Assembly (NCBI GenBank): GCA_016928955.1
Contig: JAFGJV010000047.1
Span: forward strand, 1-64,000
Direction: 5' to 3'
Length of the DNA stretch: 64,000 nucleotides
DNA from: Spirochaetales bacterium
GTDB taxonomy: Bacteria; Spirochaetota; Spirochaetia; Treponematales; UBA12059
In this document: in pieces, positions 45,970 to 58,394 of the stretch
Position numbering within the stretch: position 1 is the first letter of the stretch
Layout of the letters: every line of letters begins with the position of its first letter
Position numbers and translations under genes: made by a program
Notes under the pieces: model-generated
Seen by the model: only the letters and a program-made list of their open reading frames with translations
Told to the model about the DNA's origin: nothing
Database searches by the model: none

Positions 45970-46449
45970 TCAGCCTACCAGGTACCTGCCTATCTCGTTC
46001 AGCTCGGGGAATTTGGACAGGACGGGCCCTTGGCCTTCCGCCGCTTCCTTGTCAATTTCGGCTACTTTCACAAAGAGCTTGTTGACGGAATCTGCCAGTA
46101 TATTCAGGTTGGAGCCAAAGTTGTTCACGACCATGTCCCTGAGCACGCGGTCCTGGGAACTGAATTTATCTCCCGGGCCACCGTACCTGAGTATCTGAAG
46201 CGTCTGTTTGCGGGCCGCCGCCACGAAACGGGCCATGGCCAGAATCAGCAGATACAGCTCGTCCAGGTGATAGCCCTGGTAGCGGTAGTTGGCCGATTTT
46301 TCGGTCAGCTCCTCTATCTGCCCCCAGGTCACGTTGTCCAGAGGCAACAGTGACAGGGCGCCCCTGGTGAACCGGTTGGAGATGTTTGTCCGGAAGTGGT
46401 GCCCGATGGACTCGATGATGGAGTACACCTCGGGGTTCTTGATCTGCAT
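45970..46449 (-). CDS. Hypothetical protein (probably leaderless)
   Basis: ORF MQIKNPEVY...; TATACT -10 box 6 nt upstream of the ATG. Confidence 0.75.
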   Translation of the reverse strand: MQIKNPEVYSIIESIGHHFRTNISNRFTRGALSLLPLDNVTWGQIEELTEKSANYRYQGYHLDELYLLILAMARFVAAARKQTLQILRYGGPGDKFSSQDRVLRDMVVNNFGSNLNILADSVNKLFVKVAEIDKEAAEGQGPVLSKFPELNEIGRYLVG

Positions 46450-46554
46450 GCCTGGAGTATACCCGGAATCCCCGGAAATGGCCATCGGTCAGCGCCGAAG
46501 CGGCCTTGTCCCCCGGACGGTCTTTCATGTAGTGTGGACGGATGGCGGTGTACG

Positions 46555-47814
46555 ATGAAACTGCTTAAGCCGACGCTCGCGTTTGCCGGCCTCCTTCTTG
46601 GCGCGACGCTCTCCTCCTGCGGCCTGTTCGGCGTCAAGGTGGCCGAGCTCCGCACCGACGTGCCTGAAATGGCCGTGTACGCGGCCGCGTTCAACGTGTC
46701 CCAGGAGCGCTACCGGGTTCACGTGACCTATGACCGTGACCTGGCAGCCAACCTTCCCGGCCTTGAAGAAAAACCGACTTTGGCCATAGGACGCTACCTG
46801 GAAAGTTCCCGGGTGCGGGGCCTCTTCCAGTCCCTGGACTATCTGTTTTCCGATCTGGTCATACGCCCGAACGCTTTTTACGCCAGCCTCCTGGACCAGG
46901 GAGACGTGGACGGCCGCCAGGTGCTTCTGCCGGTGTCGTTCAACCTGCCGTTGGTTGTGTTCGGTTCCGATTGGGAGCCTGAGCTGGAAGACAACTTTGT
47001 GCTCGCCCTGGACGAGCTTGCCGAACTGGCCCGGGGCTACAACAAAACAGGCTCCAAGGGCGTTACCCGCATGGGCTTTGGCCCGCGCTGGTACCCCGAA
47101 TTCATGTACGAGGCTCTCAGCCTGTACGGGGCGGATTTCCGGGAAGGGAATCCCCTGAAATGGAATGCGGCTCACGTGGATGACGGACTTGCCGCCCTCA
47201 GGTCATGGAGCGAGGAGAGCAATGGCTCGCCCGAGGCGGAGGACGATTTTCAGTTCAAGTACCTGTATCTCCCTCCGCACCGTTCCGTGCAGGACGGGCG
47301 CATAGGTTTTGCGGCCATGGATTCCGCGTCGTTTTTTGTCATACCCGAGGAGCGGCGCAGCGGCCTTGGGTTCCGCTGGCTGGCCAAAGATAAGACCGTG
47401 CCCATAGGGGATGACGTGGTGTTTGCCGGTATCCTGCGCTGGTCAGAGGGGAAAAGCGCCGCCGAGGCCTTTCTGAAATGGTTTTTCTCGGAGGATACGC
47501 AAAAGTCGATACTGGACGACGCCCGACGATACAGGGCCATGGAATCGTCCTTTGGCCTGGCCGGGGGCTTCTCGGCCATAGCATCCGTCAACGAGAGGCT
47601 GTTCCCGCAATTTTACCCGTCGTTGCTCGGGCGCTTGCCTCCCGCCGACTACCTGCGCTCGCCCAACGCCCTGCCTGCTTACTGGCCCAAGCTCAAGGAT
47701 GAGGTGCTTATTCCCCTGGTCCACCGCGCGACCGGAGCAAACCCTCCCGAGGACTTCCATGCCGAGCTGGAAACGGCCGTGGCCGATTGGCTAAAGCGCT
47801 CCGGTCATCTATAG
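46555..47814 (+). CDS. Sugar-binding-protein-like lipoprotein
   Basis: Lipobox LSSC; DGRQVLLPVSFNLP and AAEAFLKWFFSEDTQ, typical of SBP family 1. Confidence 0.7.
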   Translation: MKLLKPTLAFAGLLLGATLSSCGLFGVKVAELRTDVPEMAVYAAAFNVSQERYRVHVTYDRDLAANLPGLEEKPTLAIGRYLESSRVRGLFQSLDYLFSDLVIRPNAFYASLLDQGDVDGRQVLLPVSFNLPLVVFGSDWEPELEDNFVLALDELAELARGYNKTGSKGVTRMGFGPRWYPEFMYEALSLYGADFREGNPLKWNAAHVDDGLAALRSWSEESNGSPEAEDDFQFKYLYLPPHRSVQDGRIGFAAMDSASFFVIPEERRSGLGFRWLAKDKTVPIGDDVVFAGILRWSEGKSAAEAFLKWFFSEDTQKSILDDARRYRAMESSFGLAGGFSAIASVNERLFPQFYPSLLGRLPPADYLRSPNALPAYWPKLKDEVLIPLVHRATGANPPEDFHAELETAVADWLKRSGHL

Positions 47815-47847
47815 GGAGCTTAAAACTCTCAAACATGAGAGGTTCCC
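47814..47847. repeat. Degenerate family A palindrome between convergent genes
   Basis: GGGAGC...CTCTC-AAACAT-GAGAGGTTCCC. Confidence 0.6.
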
Positions 47848-47869
47848 TCTAGGCGGGCAGAGAAGCCAG

Positions 47870-48868
47870 CTAACCCAGGTTCTGGATAGACGGGTCCCAA
47901 ACCCTGAAGAAATCCTCAAAATCGGCGGCCGTTGAGCATGCCACGGCCCGTGCGCGGAGTTCCGCGCCGTGCCGTATGCCTTTGAGGTAGGAGCAGGCCT
48001 GTTTTCTGAATTCAACGCAGGCGCTGTGTTCTGGATAGAGCTTGAGGGACAGGCGGAAATGCCTGCGCGCCGCGGCCAGACGGTCGGCGGGCTGAATCAC
48101 CGGTTCAGGGAGGCCGTTCAGGGCGGCGAGCGCTAGCGTGAACACAAAGGGATTGCCCATGGCTCCCCGCGCGAACATCACGCCTGCTGCCCGGGGTCCG
48201 TCGACGCCAAGGATATCCACGGCATCCTGGGCGGTGAATACGTCGCCTGAGGCAAAGACGGGTACCGGAATGGCGGCTGCCAGGCGCCCGAAGGCTGTCC
48301 TGTCCGCCGTACCGGAGTAGCCCTGCGCCCGGGTACGGGCATGCAGGGTAACGGCCGCCGCCCCTCCGGACACGGCCGCCTGGGCCGCATCCAGGTAGTT
48401 GATGGTATGGTCGTCCCAGCCAAGGCGTATTTTAACGGTGACCGGCACCGTGACGGCTGCCGTCATGGCCCTGACGATGGCTTCTATGCGCGCGGGTTCC
48501 CTCATCAGGGCGGACCCCGCGCCTGTCTTGACTATTTTGGGTACCGGGCACCCGCAATTTACGTCTATGAGGGCCGGCTCCCAGCGACGGGCTACCAGCT
48601 CAGCGGCCCGGGCCATCACGTCGGGGTCCGACCCGAATAGCTGAACGGCGTAGTCGCCCTCACCCTCGCCTCGCTCAAGGAGCACATTTGTCTTGACTGA
48701 ACCCCGCGTCAGGGCCTCGGACGACACCATCTCGGTATAGGCAAGGTCGCAGCCCGCGTTTGCGCACACCGAGCGGAAGGCGGCGTCCGAGTAGCCGGCC
48801 ACCGGGGCCAGAAACAGGTTGCCACGGGCGGTGTAGCCGCCCATGGTGACCGGAGCGTGAAGCGTCAT
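47870..48868 (-). CDS. dusB: tRNA-dihydrouridine synthase
   Basis: LAPVAGYSD, YTEMVS, QLFGSDP, DVNCGCPV, GAGSALM, KIRLGW, HARTR. Confidence 0.92.
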   Translation of the reverse strand: MTLHAPVTMGGYTARGNLFLAPVAGYSDAAFRSVCANAGCDLAYTEMVSSEALTRGSVKTNVLLERGEGEGDYAVQLFGSDPDVMARAAELVARRWEPALIDVNCGCPVPKIVKTGAGSALMREPARIEAIVRAMTAAVTVPVTVKIRLGWDDHTINYLDAAQAAVSGGAAAVTLHARTRAQGYSGTADRTAFGRLAAAIPVPVFASGDVFTAQDAVDILGVDGPRAAGVMFARGAMGNPFVFTLALAALNGLPEPVIQPADRLAAARRHFRLSLKLYPEHSACVEFRKQACSYLKGIRHGAELRARAVACSTAADFEDFFRVWDPSIQNLG

Positions 48869-48896
48869 GATGCGAACCCTGCGCCGCGGTGGGGAA

Positions 48897-49670
48897 TCAG
48901 TTGGGCAGTTTGAAGAACCTGCAGGCGTTCTCGTAGGTTGCCTGGGCCACTTCTTCCACTGGTTTGTCCAGCAGGGCGGCCAGGTCTTCCACGGTCGCCG
49001 GCAGGTATTCGGGCTTGTTCCGCTTTCCGCGGTACTTGGACGGCACCATGAAGGGGGCTTCGGACTCTACCAGGATACGGTCCAGGGGAAGCACCCGCAC
49101 GGTGTCATGCAGGTTCCTGGCGTTGCGGTAGGTCAGGTTGCCGGCAAAGGAGAAATACAGATTGAGGTCCAGGGCCTTCTGGGCGTACTCGGCGTCCTCC
49201 GAATAGCAGTGGAGCACACCGCCAGCCTCCGGCAGGCGGTCGCGGAGCACGTCCAGGACGTCCTTGCCGGCTTCGCGGTTGTGGATGATCACGGGAAGGC
49301 CGTGGCGCGCGGCTACGTCCAGCTGGTCTATGAACAGCTCGATCTGGCTGTCCTTGTCGCCATAGCGGTGGAAATAATCCAGGCCTATCTCGCCCACGGC
49401 TACGACGCGGGGCAGTTTGAGGGCTTCCTCAAGCTTGGCGCGCCAGTCGCGGCTGGGATTGGCCACTTCCGACGGCGACACGCCGGCGGCATGATACACG
49501 TGTTCGGCGGTTTTCAGGTTGCCGTACACCTGGAAAAAGTCTATGAGGCTGTTGCATATGCTGACCAGCCGGGCGACGCCGGCCTGCTTGGCTTGCTGGC
49601 AAACCAGAAGCTGCTCTATCGGGTCATCGAAAATGAGCCCGATGTGGGCATGAGTGTCGAAGTAACGCAT
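48897..49670 (-). CDS. tatD: TatD family nuclease
   Basis: FDTHAH, VGEIGLDY, IIHNREA, LHCYS, ESEAPFM. Confidence 0.92.
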   Translation of the reverse strand: MRYFDTHAHIGLIFDDPIEQLLVCQQAKQAGVARLVSICNSLIDFFQVYGNLKTAEHVYHAAGVSPSEVANPSRDWRAKLEEALKLPRVVAVGEIGLDYFHRYGDKDSQIELFIDQLDVAARHGLPVIIHNREAGKDVLDVLRDRLPEAGGVLHCYSEDAEYAQKALDLNLYFSFAGNLTYRNARNLHDTVRVLPLDRILVESEAPFMVPSKYRGKRNKPEYLPATVEDLAALLDKPVEEVAQATYENACRFFKLPN

Positions 49671-49844
49671 TTGTCTTCCGTTGGGATTGGTGATAGGGAG
49701 ACCGTTAAACGGTAGGCTAAATGTAGCACGGGCGGGGCCAGCCGTCAACCTTGGAAGTAGACGGCAGAAAACCCGCGCTGTATCCGGTACGGCGCCCGGT
49801 CAAGAGGATGATCTGGAAATGTCCAAGGCCTGAAGGCCGTCAGG

Positions 49845-50663
49845 TCACATTTTGAACGACTCCCCCAGATAAATTTGCCGCGCCAGCTCGGACGCCAGTA
49901 TGGTTTCCCGCGGGCCGGAAACCAGGATCTCTCCGCGGTGGATGATATGGGCCTCATGGGTGATTTCCAGGGTGTCGCGCACGTTGTGGTCCGTGATGAG
50001 GACGCCGATGCCCTTGTCCGACAGTCGCCGCACGATGCTTTTGATCTCGTGCACGGCGATGGGGTCTATGCCGGCAAAAGGTTCGTCCAGGAGCAGGAAT
50101 TTCGGCTTGATGGCCAGGGCCCGGGCGATTTCCGTGCGCCTGCGCTCGCCGCCGGACAAGGTGTAGGCAAATTGCCTGGCAAGCGACGATATGCCGAATT
50201 CGGTGAGCAGATGATCGAGTTCTCGGCGTCTGGCCGGTCCGTCCAGGTCGGGCCGCGTTTCCAGGATGGCCAGTACGTTCTGTTCCACGGTCAGCTTGCG
50301 GAACACGGACGGCTCCTGGGGCAGGTAGGCTATGCCGAGCCTGGCCCGGCGGTACATGGGCAGGGAGGACAAAAGGTGGTGGTCCAGGTAGACGGAACCG
50401 CCGTTTGGCTTCAGGAAGCCCACAATCATGTAGAACACCGTGGTCTTGCCCGCGCCGTTGGGGCCCAGAAGGCCGGTTATCTGCCCCGTCTTCATGGAAA
50501 ACGACACATCCCGCACGGCCACCTTGCGGCCGAATATCTTGGCCAGGTTTCGCCCTTCAAGCACGTGGTCCGACGACGAATCCAGTTCCTGGGGCGGGAC
50601 GCGGTCATAGCCGGCGGGAAGGTCGGCGATATCCTGGGGCTGGCCCAGGTACAGGTCGCTCAT
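49845..50663 (-). CDS. lptB: LPS/glycolipid export ABC ATPase
   Basis: GPNGAGKTT, YLPQEPSVFRKL, LLDEPFAGIDP, ITDHNVRDTL, YLGESF. Confidence 0.95.
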   Translation of the reverse strand: MSDLYLGQPQDIADLPAGYDRVPPQELDSSSDHVLEGRNLAKIFGRKVAVRDVSFSMKTGQITGLLGPNGAGKTTVFYMIVGFLKPNGGSVYLDHHLLSSLPMYRRARLGIAYLPQEPSVFRKLTVEQNVLAILETRPDLDGPARRRELDHLLTEFGISSLARQFAYTLSGGERRRTEIARALAIKPKFLLLDEPFAGIDPIAVHEIKSIVRRLSDKGIGVLITDHNVRDTLEITHEAHIIHRGEILVSGPRETILASELARQIYLGESFKM

Positions 50664-51382
50664 GGCGTGCTCTCCACGCCGCCGTCGGGAGCGGAAGGCT
50701 CCTGGACGTCCGGAGTGGCCGGGCCCGGTTCTGTTTGCGGCGGCTGGGCTTCCTGGTCGTCGTCCCCTTCCGCGGAACTGACGGTGCCGCTGACCGACCC
50801 GTCCAGGACTATGTCCTCGGTATCAAGATTGACGCTGATCAGGCTGGCCCGGTACTCGTCGCTTCCCTTTTTAACGTAGGGCGAGCCGGAGAGCTCCAAA
50901 GTGTTGGCGCCCCTGTCGTAACGGGCAAACTCCGAGCGGCACACGATGTCGTCCTTGAGTATGCGCACGTTGATCTGGATGAGGGCTATGTCCCGCTTGT
51001 CGTCGTGCTCGATATAGTCGCCCTTGACCACCACGCCGCTCTGCCGGTCTTCCATGACCGAGGGACCCGAGAGTTTGGACAGTTTGTCCTCACGGTCATA
51101 CAAGAGGCGCGCGGTGGTGAGGCGCAGGCCGCGGTCGCCGTCGACCATGCTGACGTTGCCCGAGCAGTCGGCATAGCGGAAATCCTCGCCGTACAGCTCT
51201 ATGCGGTCAGCGCGTATGGTCATGCTGTCGGACACCACCACGGCGTTGCCGTCCAGAATGACCCTCTCCCGGCCTTTGGTCATGGCGCCGGTCATGGAAT
51301 CGGCGGAAAAGCTGAACGTTCCGGCCGACGCCGCCCCGGCCAGGAGGCAGACAGCCGCCAGGAGGGGCAACAAGCGCCTCAT
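50660..51382 (-). CDS. lptA: LptA/OstA family periplasmic protein
   Basis: Signal peptide, beta-jellyroll repeats, located between lptC and lptB. Confidence 0.85.
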   Translation of the reverse strand: MRRLLPLLAAVCLLAGAASAGTFSFSADSMTGAMTKGRERVILDGNAVVVSDSMTIRADRIELYGEDFRYADCSGNVSMVDGDRGLRLTTARLLYDREDKLSKLSGPSVMEDRQSGVVVKGDYIEHDDKRDIALIQINVRILKDDIVCRSEFARYDRGANTLELSGSPYVKKGSDEYRASLISVNLDTEDIVLDGSVSGTVSSAEGDDDQEAQPPQTEPGPATPDVQEPSAPDGGVESTP

Positions 51383-51919
51383 GGCGCCTCGCCTTCCGTA
51401 AAGGTGCCATCCACCCTGCGGGTGAAGGAAAAGGTCCGGCGGGAGGCGTCGGCGTTGAATCCCGATCCCGACAGGCTGGAGCCCTCAAAGCTGAGGGTGG
51501 TTCGCGTGTCCGCGCGGCCAACCAGGGTTTTGGCCTCGCCGTCCCAGCGGAGATAGCCGGATTCGACGTCCAGGCTGTCAGGCTTGCGGCTGAAGGTGAC
51601 GTTGCCGGACATTTCCGCGCTCTCCGTGGCCGTTATGTACACGGCGCTGTCCGCCCGACCCTCGGTCAGGATAGCGTCAGAACCGGCCTCGAATTCGACA
51701 AAGCTGACGTTGGAGAGGCGTATAGTGCCCGCTTCCTGGAACGACTCGCCCCGTTCGGCTTCCAGGCGGAAACGCGGCACGCCTTTCTCAACCACGGTGT
51801 GGACAAAATCCACAAGTACGGCGTCCGGCGTGTCCTGGCCAAGTTCCTCAACCATGCCCGTGCCGTAGTCCAGGCTGCACGAAAAAGCCAGGACCAAGGC
51901 CGCGGCCAGGACGGGCAGT

Positions 51920-51927
<8 letters not shown>
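51379..51927 (-). CDS. lptC: LptC family protein (lipoprotein-type N-terminus)
   Basis: AFSC lipobox-like site, beta-jellyroll, pyrG-lptC-lptA-lptB order. Confidence 0.8.
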
Positions 51928-53536
<1,609 letters not shown>

Positions 53537-53590
53537 GGAAGCCCATTATCAGCCGGGGCGGGCCGGAGGGTCAAGCCCGCCCCGCCTGTG

Positions 53591-54040
53591 TCAGTCGCCC
53601 TTCATGAGGGCCATGATTTCGGACGCGCTCTTGGCCGACGCCAAGGCCGAGCAGAGGGCGCTCTGCCGGGACAGGCGCGCTATCTCGGCCAGGGCCGCAA
53701 TGTGCGGCCCGGTTTTCTCCGGCGGGGCGACCATGAGGAAAAACAGGCGCGACGGCTGGCCGTCTATCGCGTCGAACTGAACGCCGTCTGGGGCCGTACC
53801 CACCGCCAGAAGGATGTTCGGGACCGCGTCGGTCTTGCCGTGGGGTACGGCTATGCCGTCAGAGAGGCCGGTGCTGCCCTGGGCCTCACGGTCGAGCACA
53901 GAGAGGAATACGTTTTCCGCGTTGTCCAGGCCGTAGGCGGCGGCCAGTACGTCAACCAGTTCGCGGATAACGCCATTTTTGTCCCTGGCCATCAGCGGCA
54001 CTTTGATCGCCCGTTCGTTCAAGAGTTCTATGAGCGCCAT
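53591..54040 (-). CDS. PTS EIIA (Fru/Ntr-type) domain protein
   Basis: REAQGSTGL..GIAVPHGK, FDAIDGQP, HIAALAEI. Confidence 0.9.
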   Translation of the reverse strand: MALIELLNERAIKVPLMARDKNGVIRELVDVLAAAYGLDNAENVFLSVLDREAQGSTGLSDGIAVPHGKTDAVPNILLAVGTAPDGVQFDAIDGQPSRLFFLMVAPPEKTGPHIAALAEIARLSRQSALCSALASAKSASEIMALMKGD

Positions 54041-54099
54041 AGGTGATCCCTTCCTTCCGTCGTGCCGGCCGCAGCCTTTCCTAACGCCGGCCCATACAT

Positions 54100-54588
54100 T
54101 CAACTCAGCTGTTCGTACAGTTCCTCTATGCGTTCCTCGTCACGGGCCACAAGCACGGAGCAGGGGGCCGTGCGCATGGCCGTCTCCACCTCGTCGTACA
54201 GGGCGTCGCGGCGGCTCCTGATCTGGGGAGGAGGTCCCATGACCAGAAGGTCGGCTCCGATTTCCAGGGCCTTGTTCTTGATGGCAGCTGCTATGGAACC
54301 TGACACGCTGTGCCCCTCCACGTACACGCCCAGGCGCTTGCCCATTTCCGTGGCGTGCCTGAGGTAGCGGGTCGCGTCCTCGTCCATGTCGCGGCGGTAT
54401 TCCTCCCGCTCGGCTTCCAGGAAGATGTGGGCCTGGACCAGGTCCGACAGGGCGCGCGTGTTGACCACGGCCAGCGCGTGCAGCTCTGCGTGGGTCTGGG
54501 ACGCCAGGACGGCGGCCAGTCGGGCTGCCAGTATGGAGCCCTCCGATCCGTCCACGTAGACCAGCATCCGCTCGAACGCCTGTCTCAT
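54100..54588 (-). CDS. Universal stress protein
   Basis: MLVYVDGS, GADLLVMG, APCSVLV. Confidence 0.88.
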   Translation of the reverse strand: MRQAFERMLVYVDGSEGSILAARLAAVLASQTHAELHALAVVNTRALSDLVQAHIFLEAEREEYRRDMDEDATRYLRHATEMGKRLGVYVEGHSVSGSIAAAIKNKALEIGADLLVMGPPPQIRSRRDALYDEVETAMRTAPCSVLVARDEERIEELYEQLS

Positions 54589-55208
54589 CCCATCCTCCCG
54601 GCCAAGCGGCCCTTTACGGTCTTCATCAAGGCGAACATGTCCCGGTCGTTTTCCTCAAGCCGGGCGCCGATATGCGCCAGCGTTTCTTCCAGGTCCGGCA
54701 GGGCCACCTTTTCCAGCGCGTTGACCTTGCGGATGGTCTTGCGGACCTCCGCGGCCAGGCGCGTGATGGACACCTTGAGCTCGGCAAAGCGGCCGAGCGT
54801 GGTCAGGGCCTCCCTGAACCCGGCCAGGGCCGTGTCCACGCGGAAATCCGCGCCCAGGGAGCTGTAATACGGCCCGCGGTCCGAAAAGCGCGTGTCCACC
54901 ACGGGCAGGTTAACGCCCATGACCCGGCGGGTGCGCAGGTCCACGGACGCGTCCATGGTCACCGCGCCAGACAGGGACAGGAGCCTGAGGCGGCCCATGG
55001 ACAGGGCGGCGTCTTCCAGCGACGACCACGCTCCGGCCAGTGCCTCGTCCACCCGCTTCTCCATGGCCGCTGCCTGGTCGACCACGGCCAACAGCTCCGC
55101 CACCAGTATACCCCGTTTTTGGTCCAGGAGCTCGCGCCCGAGCTGGGCAAAGGCCAGCTCGTCCCTGAGCTTGAGGAGGTTGGTCTTGGTGGGCGGGACG
55201 TTTCTCAT
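54585..55208 (-). CDS. ntpD: A/V-type ATP synthase subunit D
   Basis: [32 protein letters not shown]. Confidence 0.93.
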   Translation of the reverse strand: MRNVPPTKTNLLKLRDELAFAQLGRELLDQKRGILVAELLAVVDQAAAMEKRVDEALAGAWSSLEDAALSMGRLRLLSLSGAVTMDASVDLRTRRVMGVNLPVVDTRFSDRGPYYSSLGADFRVDTALAGFREALTTLGRFAELKVSITRLAAEVRKTIRKVNALEKVALPDLEETLAHIGARLEENDRDMFALMKTVKGRLAGRMG

Positions 55209-56632
55209 GCCGGGCTGTTCCCCTCGTAACGCTGGGACAATTCCTCGGCGGTAACCCGGTGGAGCTCTTCCGGCGGCAGGCGCTTGAGAGCTTCCCAGCC
55301 CAGGTCCAGGGTGCGGTCCATGCTTCTGTCCTCCGTGCGGCCCTGGTTGACGAAGGAGCGCTCGAAAAACTCCCCGAATTCCAGGTACTGCTTGTCCAGG
55401 GGCGACAGTTCGTCCTCCCCGATCACGGACGCCAGGTTGCGCACGTCCTTGACCGCGCTGTACGACGCGAACAGCTGGCTGGCCAGGTGGGGGTGGTCGT
55501 CACGGGTCATGCCCGAGCCTATGCCGTCCTTCATCAGCCTGGACAGGGACGGGAGGCCGGCCACAGGCGGATAGATGCCGCGTCCGGCCATGTCGCGCTC
55601 GAACACGATCTGGCCTTCCGTTATGTAGCCGGTGAGGTCCGGGATGGGGTGGGATATGTCGTCGTTCGGCATGGTCAGGATGGGCAACTGGGTGATGGAC
55701 CCTTCCACGCCCTTGATCATGCCGGAGCGCTCGTACAGCTCGGCAAGGTCTGAATACAGGTAGCCGGGGTAGCCCTTGCGGGACGGTATCTCGCCGCGCA
55801 GGGTGGATATTTCCCGCAGGGATTCGCAGTAGTTTGCCATGTCCGTCATGATGACGAGCACGTGCATGCCGCGGACATAGGCCAGATGTTCGGCCAGGGT
55901 AAGGGCGACGCGGGGCGTTACCGTGCGCTCTATGGACGGGTCGTCTGCCAGGGACAGGAACAGTGCCACGCGGCCGAGCGCTCCGCTTTCCTCGAACGAG
56001 CGCACGAAGAACCGCGCTACGTCGTGTTTGACGCCCATGGCCGCGAACACCACGGCAAAGTCTCCCGAGCCGCCGCGGATCTTGGCCTGTCTGGCAATCT
56101 GGGCGGCCAGCTCGTTGTGGGCCAGGCCATTGCCCGAGAATATGGGCAGTTTCTGGCCCCGTATGAGGGTGTTCATGCCGTCGATCACGGACATGCCGGT
56201 CTGGATGTAGTCGCGGGGATATTCCCGGGCCGTGGGGTTGACCGGCTTGCCGTTGACGTCCTCCTCGGACGCGGCCCTGGGCGCAGGCCCTCCGTCTATG
56301 GGGCGTCCCAGCCCGTCGAACACCCTGCCCAGCATGCCTGCCGACACGCCCAGGGTCAGGGGCCTGCCCAGGAACCTGATGCGGGTGTCCGGCAGGGACA
56401 AACCCTGTGTACCCTCGAACACCTGCACCATGACGGCGTCCTCGGAGCTGTCCATGACGGTGCCCAGGCGCACGGCTCCCGTGTGGTCCACGCATTCGAC
56501 CAGCTCGCGGTAGCCCACGGGATGGGTTTTTTTGAGCACCAGGAGGGGCCCGTCCATGCTGGACGCCCCGCGGTACTCGCGGCCGGCCATGATTCGTCGC
56601 AGGGCGGCCTGATCCAGAAGGGCTTCAGGCAT
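55205..56632 (-). CDS. ntpB: A/V-type ATP synthase subunit B
   Basis: [44 protein letters not shown]. Confidence 0.96.
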   Translation of the reverse strand: MPEALLDQAALRRIMAGREYRGASSMDGPLLVLKKTHPVGYRELVECVDHTGAVRLGTVMDSSEDAVMVQVFEGTQGLSLPDTRIRFLGRPLTLGVSAGMLGRVFDGLGRPIDGGPAPRAASEEDVNGKPVNPTAREYPRDYIQTGMSVIDGMNTLIRGQKLPIFSGNGLAHNELAAQIARQAKIRGGSGDFAVVFAAMGVKHDVARFFVRSFEESGALGRVALFLSLADDPSIERTVTPRVALTLAEHLAYVRGMHVLVIMTDMANYCESLREISTLRGEIPSRKGYPGYLYSDLAELYERSGMIKGVEGSITQLPILTMPNDDISHPIPDLTGYITEGQIVFERDMAGRGIYPPVAGLPSLSRLMKDGIGSGMTRDDHPHLASQLFASYSAVKDVRNLASVIGEDELSPLDKQYLEFGEFFERSFVNQGRTEDRSMDRTLDLGWEALKRLPPEELHRVTAEELSQRYEGNSPA

Positions 56633-58394
56633 ACACGGCCTCCAGTCGGGCCACCGCCCGTTCGAGCGCGGCCGCCAGTTTTCCGAAACCGTCCGCGTCG
56701 TCGTCGCTCAGCGTGAATTTCATCTTGACGATGTCGCCCAGCACCTTGAGCTTGCGCAGCTCGGCTATGGACACTCCCCGCTTGATGGCTTCGGAACCAC
56801 GGCGCCAGTACGCCAGGACCAAGCCAAGCATGCGCTGCTGCTTGCCCGGCGACGAGTAGCGGTCCACGTTGTCAAAGGCGTTTTGCTGGAGGAAGGCGTT
56901 CTTGAACAGCTCGCACACCTCTATGACAAAACGCTGGCTGTCCGGCAGGGCGTCGGGTCCCACAAGCTTGACCACCTGCAGGAGCCTGACCTCCCTGCGG
57001 AGCAGTTCCAGGATCTCGGCTCGGTCCTTGGACCATTGCGGCCCGGCCTGGTCCAACCACCAGCTCTGGATGTCGTCCACGTATTCCGAGTAGCTGTCCA
57101 GCCATGATATGGCCGGGTAGTGCCGGGCGTTGGCCAGATTGCGGTCCAGGCCCCAGAAACAGCGCACGTAGCGGCGCGTGTGCTGGGTGACCGGCTCGGA
57201 AAAGTCCCCGCCCGGCGGGCTCACGGCCCCTATGATGGATACCGAGCCCGGCTGGCCGGACAGGGTTTCCATAAGCCCGGCCCGTTCGTAGAATTCGGCT
57301 ATGCGCGTGGGTAGGTAGGCGGGGAAGCCTTCCTCCGCGGGCATTTCCTCCATGCGGCCTGACAGTTCCCGCAGGGCCTCGGCCCAGCGGGACGTGGAGT
57401 CTGCCATGACGGCCACGTGCAGGCCCATGTCGCGGAAGTACTCGGCTATGGTGACGCCGGTGTAAATGCTGGCTTCCCGTGCGGAAACGGGCATGTTGGA
57501 CGTGTTGGCGATCAGCACCGTCCGTTCCATCAGGCTCCTGCCCGTGCGCGGGTCGACCAGCCTCGGAAATTCGGTAAGCACGTCCGTCATCTCGTTGCCG
57601 CGCTCGCCGCAGCCTATGTACACGATGATGTCCGCGTCGCACCATTTGGCAATGGCGTGCTGGGTCATGGTCTTGCCGGTGCCAAAGCCGCCGGGTATGG
57701 CCACGGTGCCGCCCTTGGCCAGCGGAAACAGCGTGTCTATTACCCGCTGACCGGTGATGAGCGGCTGGTTCATGGCCAGGCGGGAGCGGACCGGCCGGGG
57801 CACGCGTATGGGCCAGCGCTGGATCATGGACAGGCGATGCTGGCCCGTGGACGAATCCAGTATGGCCACGTCCGTGTCCACGGCATAGTCGCCGGCGGGA
57901 GCCAGGTAGGAGAGGCTTCCGCCGGTCTCCGGCGGCACGAGAATTTTGTGGACCAAGCGCTCGGTCTCTCGGACCGTGCCAAGGATGTCTCCGGGTTTGA
58001 GCCGGGCGCCCGGTTGGGCCACCGGCGTCCAGGCCCACAGCCGTTTTCTGTCCAGGGCGTCGGCCTGGACCCCGCGGCCTATAAAGGTGCCCGTGCGCTC
58101 GCGGATGGCGTCCAGGGGCCGCTGTATGCCGTCGTAGATGGAGCCGATGAGCCCCGGTCCAAGCTCAAGCGACAAAGGCAGGCCGGAACCGTACACGGGA
58201 GCCCCCGGCGCCAGTCCAGATGTGTCCTCATACACCTGTATGACGGCTTCCCCGTCCGCCAGCTTGATCACCTCGCCCACCAGTCTGTCGTCGCCCACGC
58301 GAACCAGTTCCAGCATGTGGGCAGAAGCGGCATCTCTGGCTTCTATCACGGGGCCGGTGATCCTCCGGACCCGCGCGATTATCCGTTCGTTCAT
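56625..58394 (-). CDS. ntpA: A/V-type ATP synthase subunit A
   Basis: [53 protein letters not shown]. Confidence 0.97.
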   Translation of the reverse strand: MNERIIARVRRITGPVIEARDAASAHMLELVRVGDDRLVGEVIKLADGEAVIQVYEDTSGLAPGAPVYGSGLPLSLELGPGLIGSIYDGIQRPLDAIRERTGTFIGRGVQADALDRKRLWAWTPVAQPGARLKPGDILGTVRETERLVHKILVPPETGGSLSYLAPAGDYAVDTDVAILDSSTGQHRLSMIQRWPIRVPRPVRSRLAMNQPLITGQRVIDTLFPLAKGGTVAIPGGFGTGKTMTQHAIAKWCDADIIVYIGCGERGNEMTDVLTEFPRLVDPRTGRSLMERTVLIANTSNMPVSAREASIYTGVTIAEYFRDMGLHVAVMADSTSRWAEALRELSGRMEEMPAEEGFPAYLPTRIAEFYERAGLMETLSGQPGSVSIIGAVSPPGGDFSEPVTQHTRRYVRCFWGLDRNLANARHYPAISWLDSYSEYVDDIQSWWLDQAGPQWSKDRAEILELLRREVRLLQVVKLVGPDALPDSQRFVIEVCELFKNAFLQQNAFDNVDRYSSPGKQQRMLGLVLAYWRRGSEAIKRGVSIAELRKLKVLGDIVKMKFTLSDDDADGFGKLAAALERAVARLEAVYA

